Sequence record: SRR22947725_2292
Length of the DNA: 20,000 nt
Strand: one strand, 5' to 3'
Shown here: piece after piece, positions 1 to 8,592 of the stretch
How the letters are laid out: every line of letters begins with the position of its first letter
Numbering within the stretch: the first letter of the stretch is position 1
Program-made: the position numbers and the translations under genes
The notes under the pieces: model-generated
The model's input: only the letters and a program-made list of their open reading frames with translations
The model's database searches: none
Told to the model about the DNA's origin: nothing

Positions 1-1020
1 AAGGTATGCCCTCCTGGAGCGGCAACACCAGCTCCTATAGCCGCCTCTACTGCGGCGACAAATCCTGCCCAGAGCGACGAAATCATCTTTGCCTCAAAGG
101 AAATGGCCAAAACAATGGAAGTTGCCACCATGGTATCGGCCAACGACTTTTCAAGTTTATTAATCACTGGCGAAAGTGGTAGTGGTAAAGGCATGCTTTC
201 ACGAGCTATTCACAAAATGGGGAGCCGCTCAAAGAAACCATTTGTTGAAATCAACTGTTCTGCATTACCGGCAAACCTGATCGAGTCTGAACTTTTCGGC
301 CATAAACGCGGTGCTTTTACCGATGCCAAAGAAGATAAAGTCGGCCTCATTGAACTCGCGAATAAAGGAACCTTGTTCCTCGATGAAATTGGCGATATGG
401 ACATTAAACTTCAGAGTAAACTATTAAAAGCCATTGAAGAAAGATCCTTCCGCCGGATAGGCTGTACGAATAATATTAAAGTAGACATCCAAATCATTGC
501 CGCTACAAACGCCAATATTTTTGAATCAATCAATAATGGTGATTTCAGGCTTGACCTTTATTATCGCCTCAGTGTCATTCCCGTTGAATTGGCCCCATTG
601 AGAGATAGGAAAGATGACATACCTGCACTTTGTGAACACTTTATAAAAATGTATTCGCGGAAATTTGGTAAGAAGATTACTGGCTTTACTGACAATGCGA
701 TCAAAACCATGAATGCCTATCCATGGCCTGGTAACGTCCGTGAGCTTAGTAATGTTGTTGAACGCGGCTGTATTTTAGCGAAAGACAAATCCATAGATGC
801 CGACCTACTAATGCTCCCCAAAGATGCTTCTTTAATCCCAACGGGCCCTGGTGGTGGATCTAAGCCTACAGAAGTAATGACTTTAGCGCAGGCAGAGGAA
901 CACGCCATAGAGGTAGCAGTCGCCAAAGCTGACGGCAATAAAAATGAAGCGGCTCGCTTATTAGGTGTCCACAGGACGACTCTTTATAAAAAACTCGAAG
1001 AGTACAAAATCGATATTTAA
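1..1020 (+). CDS. Sigma54-dependent transcriptional activator (NtrC/AtoC-family bEBP), 5'-truncated by window edge
   Basis: Frame is open from base 1 (KVCPPGAATPAPIAAST... Pro/Ala linker), so ATG103 is internal. Walker A GESGSGKG, ESELFGH, GAFTDA loop, Walker B LFLDEIGD, FRLDLYYRL, WPGNVREL, C-terminal Fis-type HTH (GNKNEAARLLGVHRTTLYKKL). Confidence 0.95.
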   Translation, partial: KVCPPGAATPAPIAASTAATNPAQSDEIIFASKEMAKTMEVATMVSANDFSSLLITGESGSGKGMLSRAIHKMGSRSKKPFVEINCSALPANLIESELFGHKRGAFTDAKEDKVGLIELANKGTLFLDEIGDMDIKLQSKLLKAIEERSFRRIGCTNNIKVDIQIIAATNANIFESINNGDFRLDLYYRLSVIPVELAPLRDRKDDIPALCEHFIKMYSRKFGKKITGFTDNAIKTMNAYPWPGNVRELSNVVERGCILAKDKSIDADLLMLPKDASLIPTGPGGGSKPTEVMTLAQAEEHAIEVAVAKADGNKNEAARLLGVHRTTLYKKLEEYKIDI

Positions 1021-1039
1021 TAAAGATTATAGTTTCAAT

Positions 1040-1069
1040 AAAAAAGCGCCTTGAGAAAGGCACTTTTTT
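1040..1069. terminator. Bidirectional intrinsic terminator between convergent bEBP and nitrate reductase genes
   Basis: AAAAAAG-C-GCCTT-gaga-AAGGC-A-CTTTTTT: stem-loop flanked by A6 and T6; the C1047/A1062 mismatch becomes a G-U pair on the minus-strand transcript. Confidence 0.85.
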
Positions 1070-1071
1070 AT

Positions 1072-3282
1072 TTATTCCCAGTACTCGGCTTTCTTAATCT
1101 TCACCGCACATGCTTTGTATGACGGTTGACGTGAGTACTTATCAAATGACGGAAAGGTCAACATATTGGTCTCAATGTAATGCATCGGCATGAAAACCTG
1201 GCCTTCTTTGACATGGTAACTAGGGCAAGCACGCGCTTTAATTTTTCCGCGGCGTGAAATAACCCAAATCCACTCAGAAGGTTCAACTCCCATTTTCCGG
1301 GCTTCTGTAGAATTTATTTCTACATAAACTTCATTCGGATAAAGTTTACGCAAGACTGCCGATTTTTTAGTACGCGTCTGCGTATGCCACTGAGAAGACG
1401 TACCACGACCGGTGAGCAGCCAGTGCTTATATTCTCTACAAGGAGCTTCTAAAGGCTTTCTGGGCTCTTCAAATAAAAACTTTGCTTTACCGTCTGCATG
1501 ATAAAATTTATTATCCTCAAATAAACGGCGTTCACTCACAATAGTCTCTGTACCTTTAGGCAAAGGCCACTGAATACCGCCATTTTCATCAATCATCCGG
1601 TAATCTTTTATACCCGTGATATCACAAGGCTGATCAATAGTACAATCCCGCAACATTTTAAAAACGGCTTCTGCCGAAGTCCACTTCTTAAAAAGATCAG
1701 CACAACCCCAATATTCCGCGACGAGCTTAAAAATATTAAAATCTGAAAGAGCTTCACCTGGTGCTTTTCGCACTTTTTTAACTAAGCCGAAACGGCGCTC
1801 TGAGTTCACAAAAGTACCATCTTTCTCAGCCCAAGCGGCGGCTGGCAACACCAAGTCTGCTAATTCAGCAGTTTCTGTCGTATGGTACATGTCTTGAACT
1901 ACGAGGTAATCGAGATTCTTTATAACATCTCTAAAGCCCTTTTGGTTAATCCATGAGTGAGCCGAGTTCGTAGCGATAACCCACAAACCTTTAATTTTCC
2001 CTTGGGAAATTCCTTCGATAATTTGATCGTAAGCCCAACCGAGCTTATCAGGTATAACAGCAGGATCTATCTCTAAAATATTCGCTACTTTTTCGCGATG
2101 TTCCGGATTTGAAAAGTCATGGCCACCAAGAAGATTCGTAGTATTACTGAATAAGCGCGAACCCATTGCATTACATTGACCAGTAATCGAATTTGCGCCA
2201 GTTCCTGGACGACCGATATTGCCCGTCATTAAAGCAATATTTATCATGGACTGGGCAACACGGACACCTTCATGACTCTGGTTAACTCCCATAGTCCACC
2301 AAAATGAGACCTTTTTACCAGCTGCAATAGTATCTACTAATTTCGCTAGTTCCTCTGGGGGAATACCTGATTCTTCTTCAACGACTTCAGGAGTATATTT
2401 TTTAACGTGTTCAACAAAGTCATCGAAACCATTAGTATACTTATCAATATAGTCTTGCTTGAAACAACCTTTTTCAATGAGCTGATTAGCGACTCCGTAG
2501 AAAAAGCTTAAGTCTGACTTCGGGTTAATCGCATAATGTTGAGTTGCCGCTACAGCGGTTTCTGTTTTGCGTGGGTCAACTACAATTATTTCTGGATTAT
2601 TTTTGTTTAAATGAACTCTTTCCCACATGATAGGGTGAGCAATACAAGGGTTGGCTCCCACAAAAACTAAAACATCAGACTCTTCAAAATCTTTATAAGT
2701 ATAAGGAGGAGCATCAAAACCAAAACTTTGCTTGTAAGAAACGACTGCCGTAGCCATACACTGGCGGGTATTGCCATCACCATGGAGCATATTCATACCA
2801 AACTTCGTCAGAGCGCCTAAAAAGGCAAGTTCTTCTGCAACGATCTGACCGGTACCAAGAAAAGCTACAGATTCATTACCGTACTTCTCTTGTATACCTT
2901 TAAAGTTATCGACCATGCGCGTCATGGCGCTATCCCAAGAAGTCTGAATCAATTTACCAGAAGAGCTTCTACGGTAGGGCTTAGTAGCTCGGTCATCAGC
3001 CTTTAATGCCGCAATAGCCTCCCAGCCTTTCGGACAGGCCATACCAAGATTGACTGGGTAATCTGTATCTGGTGTTAAATTAATCGCTTCACCATCTTTC
3101 AGGTGTAGATTTAAACCACAACCCGTAGAGCAATACCCACAAACAACAGTGGTTGTTGCGTCAGGCTTCATTTTCTCAGGAACTTTACCAAGACCAAAAT
3201 TACCCGGTTCCAATAGTAGTTCTCTAGTTAAAGGGCCATTCCACTGACGAATAACTTCGCTAATTTTTTCTTTTAAGGCCAT
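1072..3282 (-). CDS. nasA: Molybdopterin (Mo-bisPGD) nitrate reductase catalytic subunit, NasA/NarB-like
   Basis: [4Fe-4S] motif CGYCSTGCG...CPKG; Mo-ligand region NTRQCMATA (Cys-Met as in Nap/Nas); [30 protein letters not shown]-terminal TGR...WHTQTRT molybdopterin-dinucleotide domain. No twin-arginine signal and no C-terminal BFD [2Fe-2S] extension. Confidence 0.85.
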   Translation of the reverse strand: MALKEKISEVIRQWNGPLTRELLLEPGNFGLGKVPEKMKPDATTTVVCGYCSTGCGLNLHLKDGEAINLTPDTDYPVNLGMACPKGWEAIAALKADDRATKPYRRSSSGKLIQTSWDSAMTRMVDNFKGIQEKYGNESVAFLGTGQIVAEELAFLGALTKFGMNMLHGDGNTRQCMATAVVSYKQSFGFDAPPYTYKDFEESDVLVFVGANPCIAHPIMWERVHLNKNNPEIIVVDPRKTETAVAATQHYAINPKSDLSFFYGVANQLIEKGCFKQDYIDKYTNGFDDFVEHVKKYTPEVVEEESGIPPEELAKLVDTIAAGKKVSFWWTMGVNQSHEGVRVAQSMINIALMTGNIGRPGTGANSITGQCNAMGSRLFSNTTNLLGGHDFSNPEHREKVANILEIDPAVIPDKLGWAYDQIIEGISQGKIKGLWVIATNSAHSWINQKGFRDVIKNLDYLVVQDMYHTTETAELADLVLPAAAWAEKDGTFVNSERRFGLVKKVRKAPGEALSDFNIFKLVAEYWGCADLFKKWTSAEAVFKMLRDCTIDQPCDITGIKDYRMIDENGGIQWPLPKGTETIVSERRLFEDNKFYHADGKAKFLFEEPRKPLEAPCREYKHWLLTGRGTSSQWHTQTRTKKSAVLRKLYPNEVYVEINSTEARKMGVEPSEWIWVISRRGKIKARACPSYHVKEGQVFMPMHYIETNMLTFPSFDKYSRQPSYKACAVKIKKAEYWE

Positions 3283-5000
3283 TATGCACCTCCTGGCATT
3301 TTCTTACTCACCACAGCGGCAAAGAATAGGAATCTCTCACAGAATTCGCCAAACAAAGCTAAGATGAAAGAGGCCACTGATAATCCTAGCATCATTGCTA
3401 AGTTACCTTCTGGTGGTGGCTCTTGAATAGATATTACACAAATCATTAATGGTAGGATAAGACCACCCACTAAACCACATGCATAACGAAGTTTTGTGGC
3501 AATTGGCAGGTGATTAATCATAACCAACGCTGAGCGTTTAAACATCGAATATGTTTGATCTTTTAGGTGCCTAAATATACTGGCTTCCCAAGCTAATTTA
3601 GCCGTAAATGCACAAATCATTAATAGCGATAGCTTCGAAGTATAAACCTTAGTTACTAGTTCACCGTGCTCAGGCTGCATAAAGTACACGCCCGCCAAAG
3701 ATGAGGTCATAATTGTTGCTAAACCGAGCGTTAATGACGTACCGAAAAACTTCAAGCCTGTTATCGAGCCACGCCACAGTTCTTTCTTACAGTCATCATA
3801 AATCATCACTGAACAGATGACACCAAGAATACCACTAAAAGCGACACCCACGCCAATTAATTCACGGAAGTGAACACTTTTGATAAAGCCGGGCAAACTA
3901 ATACCAGTTAAAGACTCTATATGGGCAACCCAAAACAATGCGGCATAAGTCGATGCAAAACCTGCGAATAAATTGAAGGCAAGAATTTCACGACTCAACC
4001 ACGATTTCTTTAAACCCAAAAGAGCTCTAAAAGCATATTGAGGGCGGCCAAGGTGCAGTACCGAAACACTTAAAGCCAGAAGACCAAGGCACAATGCCAC
4101 AATCGAGTGCAAAGGCTGCATTTCGCTAATGAGTGGATTACTTTGCAGATAATTCATTAAAATATCAACACAAAAAGCACCAACTGAAAGCTGTGTTAAA
4201 ACAAGCATGCCTACTAATGGTGGGTGTGAATGCTGAGGTTGAAGTGAATAATAGTCACTCCCCAACATATTCTTTTGAAGGGGTTTACTACTTTCAAAAA
4301 TCGTTGTCGGCTGAGTAAACTCGGATGACGGTGCCCCTGGAACAACTGCACTATCCTGTGAATCTTCCAAGATGCGATCTTTATCAACAATTTGAATGCT
4401 AATAGCACTCGTCGGACATGATTGAACACATGCAGGTGCTTCACCTACTTCTAAACGATGCGTACACATGTCACACTTTCTAACAATTCCTAAACGCTTA
4501 TTATAGGTAGGGACTTCGTAAGGGCATTTTAAGATACAGTACTGACAGCCAATACACTGATCATCTAAATGCTTGACAATACCAGTAACTTCATCTTTGT
4601 CGTAAGCATTAACCGGGCATCCATTGGAGCAGGCCGGATCTAAGCAGTGATGGCAAGCACTCGTAACGTGTTGCTGATTAGCTTCTTCACGGTTTCCACC
4701 TCTTAATAAGCCTACATTACGCCAAGTCTCATCTTCATCGAGACCATTAAGATTGTGACAAGCCGTTACACAGGCTTTACAACCTGTACAGGCATCTAAA
4801 TTAACCTTGAACGCGTACTGTTGCCCTTCCTTAGGCTGACTTAATGGAATAAGGCTTTCATAATATTGCTTTTGAACAGGGATCTGTTTATTCTCATGCT
4901 TCTGCGAGAATTCTTCAACGGCAGTCAATTCTTGCTGTTCTTGCAGCAAATTGGTCAACAGCGCCTGTTTATCTACTAAAACTTTTCCTTCGGAATTCAT
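3282..5000 (-). CDS. Fused DmsB/NrfC-type 4x[4Fe-4S] ferredoxin + DmsC/YnfH-family membrane anchor
   Basis: Four Cys groups ([41 protein letters not shown]...ACVQSCP), then about 8 hydrophobic helices with DmsC motifs [15 protein letters not shown]...SWLSRE and [10 protein letters not shown]. Stop overlaps the nasA start (TAATG at 3280-3284 on the minus strand). Confidence 0.9.
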   Translation of the reverse strand: MNSEGKVLVDKQALLTNLLQEQQELTAVEEFSQKHENKQIPVQKQYYESLIPLSQPKEGQQYAFKVNLDACTGCKACVTACHNLNGLDEDETWRNVGLLRGGNREEANQQHVTSACHHCLDPACSNGCPVNAYDKDEVTGIVKHLDDQCIGCQYCILKCPYEVPTYNKRLGIVRKCDMCTHRLEVGEAPACVQSCPTSAISIQIVDKDRILEDSQDSAVVPGAPSSEFTQPTTIFESSKPLQKNMLGSDYYSLQPQHSHPPLVGMLVLTQLSVGAFCVDILMNYLQSNPLISEMQPLHSIVALCLGLLALSVSVLHLGRPQYAFRALLGLKKSWLSREILAFNLFAGFASTYAALFWVAHIESLTGISLPGFIKSVHFRELIGVGVAFSGILGVICSVMIYDDCKKELWRGSITGLKFFGTSLTLGLATIMTSSLAGVYFMQPEHGELVTKVYTSKLSLLMICAFTAKLAWEASIFRHLKDQTYSMFKRSALVMINHLPIATKLRYACGLVGGLILPLMICVISIQEPPPEGNLAMMLGLSVASFILALFGEFCERFLFFAAVVSKKMPGGA

Positions 5001-5035
5001 ACATACTCTTAAAATTATTCAATAGTCTGGTATTT

Positions 5036-5051
5036 TGTAGGCATAATTACA
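5036..5051. promoter_or_regulatory. Putative NtcA/CRP-family operator TGTA-N8-TACA
   Basis: TGTA-GGCATAAT-TACA, 35 bp upstream of the nitrate reductase operon start codon; matches the GTA-N8-TAC consensus. Confidence 0.4.
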
Positions 5052-5128
5052 TCGCCTTTCATTACAAATCAATATTCAATTGTATATTTGAATGTTATTT
5101 TTGTAATATTTAATCATAAATTTACGAT

Positions 5129-5148
5129 AATGTAATAAATATCACATT
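5129..5148. promoter_or_regulatory. Putative CRP/FNR-family operator TGTAA-N6-TCACA
   Basis: AATGTAAT-AAAT-ATCACATT: 8-bp arms with one mismatch; one mismatch from the CRP consensus TGTGA-N6-TCACA. Confidence 0.4.
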
Positions 5149-5227
5149 GTAAAGTAAGCTTTTTTACCCAAAAGAAAGTAAGATGAGAAAATTGCGTTAG
5201 TTTTGTTTATAAAAATAAGGAAGGGAC

Positions 5228-6031
5228 ATGAATAAAGTGAATAAAATTATTTTTGGATGCTTAGGTACTCTAATAATCGCCATAATATTAAGCTGGTTTG
5301 CACTCAATTGGCTTAAATCTAAAACTATTAACTTTATTGCTGAAACAAGTCACGAAGTCCTAAGTGACAGTCTCAAGCAATCCAAACTCCCGAAAGATCA
5401 AAAAAAGGCAATACTTACAGTCTCTCAAAGGCTACTCGACGCTGTTTCATCTGGGGAGATTGACTTTAATTTTGATGGCAGTTTTAAAAATCCCGAAGCT
5501 GCAACTGAAGCTATAGCAGTCGCCGGCAAAGAGGCATTTGCCTCAATTGAACATAATAAAAGTGAACAAATCATCTTTAATCAACAGATCGATAGGCTCC
5601 GCCAAAATTTTCTTGCCGATAACATCACTCCAGATGAAACAACCCAAATGGCTGAGCAGCTCGCTAAGGGCCCATTTGGCCTCAGCTTTACAGCTTGGGC
5701 AATACACAGCCACTATGTAATACCCTCTACTCTTTCTAATAATGAAAAAGAAAACGCTAAAACAACTGTCAATACTCTTATCAATGGTATAAACAACAAA
5801 CTTATAAATATAAAAGATATAGAAACTATCCTAGAGCCCTATCAAGAAAAAAATACTGATGGCCAAAAATCCTTAAAGAGCCAACTTAGCGATAATGAAA
5901 TCAAAAATATTTTTAGCGAATTCAATAAATTAATTACTAACAACAAAGTTACTCCTCCTGAGACTTCTCTGAGTATTGCTAATGAATTAAAAAAGGCTTT
6001 TGATGACGCTGGCATGGATAAACTAAAATAA
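5228..6031 (+). CDS. Hypothetical membrane-anchored helical-repeat protein
   Basis: RBS AAGGAAGGGA; N-terminal hydrophobic helix (IIFGCLGTLIIAIILSWFAL); 3-4 degenerate ~27-aa helical repeats; no recognised catalytic motif. Confidence 0.8.
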   Translation: MNKVNKIIFGCLGTLIIAIILSWFALNWLKSKTINFIAETSHEVLSDSLKQSKLPKDQKKAILTVSQRLLDAVSSGEIDFNFDGSFKNPEAATEAIAVAGKEAFASIEHNKSEQIIFNQQIDRLRQNFLADNITPDETTQMAEQLAKGPFGLSFTAWAIHSHYVIPSTLSNNEKENAKTTVNTLINGINNKLINIKDIETILEPYQEKNTDGQKSLKSQLSDNEIKNIFSEFNKLITNNKVTPPETSLSIANELKKAFDDAGMDKLK

Positions 6032-6150
6032 TAAATAGAAAAACATCAGAAAGCCTTCATATGATTTTAGCAAAGTGAGCAAAATTTTAGAGAAGCATGT
6101 AACGTCGGTAACATTTAAGGGAAAGTCAGGAAAAGACATAGAGGAATTTT

Positions 6151-6672
6151 ATGCAAGACGCCCAACATGGAGAATTCATCAAAAACTTCGCTGCCATTCA
6201 GCCAGCGCTGCACCGCTATATATGCTCTTTACTGCCTAATTTTAATGAAGCTGATGACATTTTACAGGAAGTCGCCATAATTTGCTGGGAGAAATACGAT
6301 AACTATAATCGAACACAAGCCTTTCAGGCTTGGGCTTTTGGTATTGCCAGAAATAAAGTCCTCCATTCTAAAAGGCGTTTTTTAAGAACACAGAATCTGA
6401 TGGCTAAAGCCTTAGAAGAAAAAGCAGAACAGCACTTCGCTCATAGCTCTTTAAATCATCAAGAAGAGAAACAGGACGCTCTACTGAACTGTATTGAGAA
6501 TCTCGATCACAAACAACAAAATGTCCTTCTCCTGCGGTACAAAAATAAGCTTTCAAGTGATTCCATCGCACAACAACTCAAGCGTAGCTCAGAACAAATA
6601 AGAACACAACTTTTTAGACTTCGCAGTAGTCTCAAAAGCTGTATCAATAATAAACTTATGAGTTCCAAATAA
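6151..6672 (+). CDS. ECF sigma-70 factor (Planctomycete/Verrucomicrobia type)
   Basis: Region 2 (LHRYICSLLP..EADDILQEV..W...F.AWAFGIARNKV) and region 4 (LLLRY...IAQQL....IRTQLFRLRSSLKSC); RBS GAGGA; TAATG overlap with the next gene. Confidence 0.93.
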   Translation: MQDAQHGEFIKNFAAIQPALHRYICSLLPNFNEADDILQEVAIICWEKYDNYNRTQAFQAWAFGIARNKVLHSKRRFLRTQNLMAKALEEKAEQHFAHSSLNHQEEKQDALLNCIENLDHKQQNVLLLRYKNKLSSDSIAQQLKRSSEQIRTQLFRLRSSLKSCINNKLMSSK

Positions 6673-8558
6673 TGGATGCTTTTCATAAAATTGATCGCTT
6701 AGTTGAGAAATGCCTTCATAACGAAGCCAATACATCTGAATATGACGAGCTCCAAGAATTGTGTAGCCAGAACAAGGAAAACTTAAAGCACTATTTAGAG
6801 GCAATTGATCAGCAAGTCACTCTCAGAGAAGTTCATGAAGATTTATTTATTATAGGGCAATCTCTTAACACGAGTAGTTCAAAAAAAATAAAGTTCCCCA
6901 TATGGTTACTACTCACTTCCGCTATTGTTAGCTTTGTTATAATCAACATTTTCTTTAACCCTAAAACGAACTCACACACTCTGGTTATATCGAAACGCTC
7001 TTATGGGCTTTCATTTATTCGGCAAAATGGTGAAGTAGAGAATATTCATGGCCTACAATTAAAAGAGCAGGACTTTATTGAAGTTGATGAAAAAGGTGAA
7101 CTCTGGCTCAAAATCAATAGCCAAAGCCAACTCTATATTGCCGGTAATAGTCTCTTAAAAGTTCAAAGTCACTCTCGAGAAGACTTTGTCCTTATAAAAG
7201 GGAGTCTAAATGGTGAAGTTAACCTACTCGATGAAAATTTTATCTTCATCACACAGGACTTAGAAATAAAGGTCTCCAAAGCCACTTTCTCTCTTAATCA
7301 AGAAGGGGAAAACTCCTCCTTAAAAGTCTATAGCGGCGAACTACAATTGACTCATTTAAAAACAGGAGAATCTTTAATTCTTAAAGAAGGCAATAGTTAT
7401 CAGAGCCAATCTCGAAAAATTAACGAAATTCAAGTGCCCTCTACACCTTCACTTTTCCCTGTACTAGAAAATGGCCTTAAATATACCTACTTTCAACTTC
7501 AGCAAAATGGCAAACCTGACTTCAAGAGAATTATCGATCAGGGCATTACGAACAAATTAGCAGTTAAGCGTGGAGCTCATGAAGGCTTCGTTCACTTTCA
7601 GCATAATATTCACAGTCATATAAGCTCTAGAGATTTTGCGATGAAATTTTCTGGTTTCTTTAAAGCCGAAGAAACTAAAATCTACACGTTTAAGATTAGC
7701 GGTATCACTCCTTCAGAACTTAAAATAAACAATTCCAAAGCCTACCTTACCGATATTGATCAAGAAAGGGTTTTGACGCTTAAGCTCGAAAAAGGCATTC
7801 ACCCTGTGGAATTATCAACCATCGGTATTGTCGAAGATGATCATGATGGTCATAGCGTCCAAATCGAAATGAAAAATAATAAAGATGCTTTCGAGCCTAT
7901 ACCTGAAAAACTTTTATTCTTCAGTAATCCAATACCACTGCCAAAAGTATTTAGTCAAGGCAGTATCAATAGTGGTTTAGTGGCTCATTTACCTCTTAAA
8001 GGCACCTTTAAAGATAGCTTAAATCACCTCGACGCTGCCGCAAAAGGAAACCCACTTTTTGTTAAGGACAAAAAATTCGGAACTGTACTGGATTTTGATG
8101 GCAAAGACGATTATCTCATTCACATGCCTGTTGATAAACTCGGCATGAACCAAAGCTACACAACCAGTTGCTGGGTCAAACTAAAAAAAATAAACCACAT
8201 TGATCAAGTCCTATTTTCAAACCAAAATGGCGCGGATAGTACTCTTGTCTTATTAATACGACGTATGTATCCTTACCATGCTCATTATGGCAATGACACC
8301 ATCGCCGACGAAAAATTGGAAAGTGACAAATGGAATCACATCGTTTTCCGTTATCACCAAGGAAAGCAAAGTATATTTGTAAATGGAAAACTCGCAGTAG
8401 TTTCCCATAATCATAATATACTTGCATCAAACCAACCGTTACAGGTTGGCCGTTGGGGAGAAAGATATTTACGCGGTAAACTTCACGATATTCGCTTCTA
8501 TAACACTGCCTTGCATGCTGAAGATATTCTCCGTTTATATGAAAAGACTACTAACTAA
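6672..8558 (+). CDS. Anti-sigma factor: cytoplasmic N-domain, TM, FecR-like domain, PA14-like domain, LamG/ConA-like domain
   Basis: TM at aa ~75-95; FecR-like (LIKGSL...ATFSL...LKVYSGEL); PA14-like (NGLKYTYF...FAMKFSGFF...YTFKI...GIHPVEL...IPEKLLF); LamG (LDFDGKDDY, YTTSCWVK, WNHIVFRY, IFVNGKL, LHDIRFYNTAL). Translationally coupled to the ECF sigma. Confidence 0.82.
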   Translation: MDAFHKIDRLVEKCLHNEANTSEYDELQELCSQNKENLKHYLEAIDQQVTLREVHEDLFIIGQSLNTSSSKKIKFPIWLLLTSAIVSFVIINIFFNPKTNSHTLVISKRSYGLSFIRQNGEVENIHGLQLKEQDFIEVDEKGELWLKINSQSQLYIAGNSLLKVQSHSREDFVLIKGSLNGEVNLLDENFIFITQDLEIKVSKATFSLNQEGENSSLKVYSGELQLTHLKTGESLILKEGNSYQSQSRKINEIQVPSTPSLFPVLENGLKYTYFQLQQNGKPDFKRIIDQGITNKLAVKRGAHEGFVHFQHNIHSHISSRDFAMKFSGFFKAEETKIYTFKISGITPSELKINNSKAYLTDIDQERVLTLKLEKGIHPVELSTIGIVEDDHDGHSVQIEMKNNKDAFEPIPEKLLFFSNPIPLPKVFSQGSINSGLVAHLPLKGTFKDSLNHLDAAAKGNPLFVKDKKFGTVLDFDGKDDYLIHMPVDKLGMNQSYTTSCWVKLKKINHIDQVLFSNQNGADSTLVLLIRRMYPYHAHYGNDTIADEKLESDKWNHIVFRYHQGKQSIFVNGKLAVVSHNHNILASNQPLQVGRWGERYLRGKLHDIRFYNTALHAEDILRLYEKTTN

Positions 8559-8592
8559 TTGTAGGCGACTTATAATATAAATTTCATGTAAC

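Noticed and set aside
310-327. GAFTDA instead of GAFTGA in the bEBP, suggesting a sigma54-independent activator
   Set aside because: GAFTDA is a common variant that keeps the critical Phe-Thr; not evidence of lost function.
5001-5227. Sigma54 promoter for the nitrate reductase operon, given the adjacent bEBP
   Set aside because: No GG-N10-GC with correct spacing on the minus strand; the nearest candidate (5041-5056) has N12.
6098-6140. ECF autoregulatory promoter (GTAAC direct repeat at 6099 and 6108)
   Set aside because: No convincing -10 element at the expected 16-17 nt spacing from either copy.
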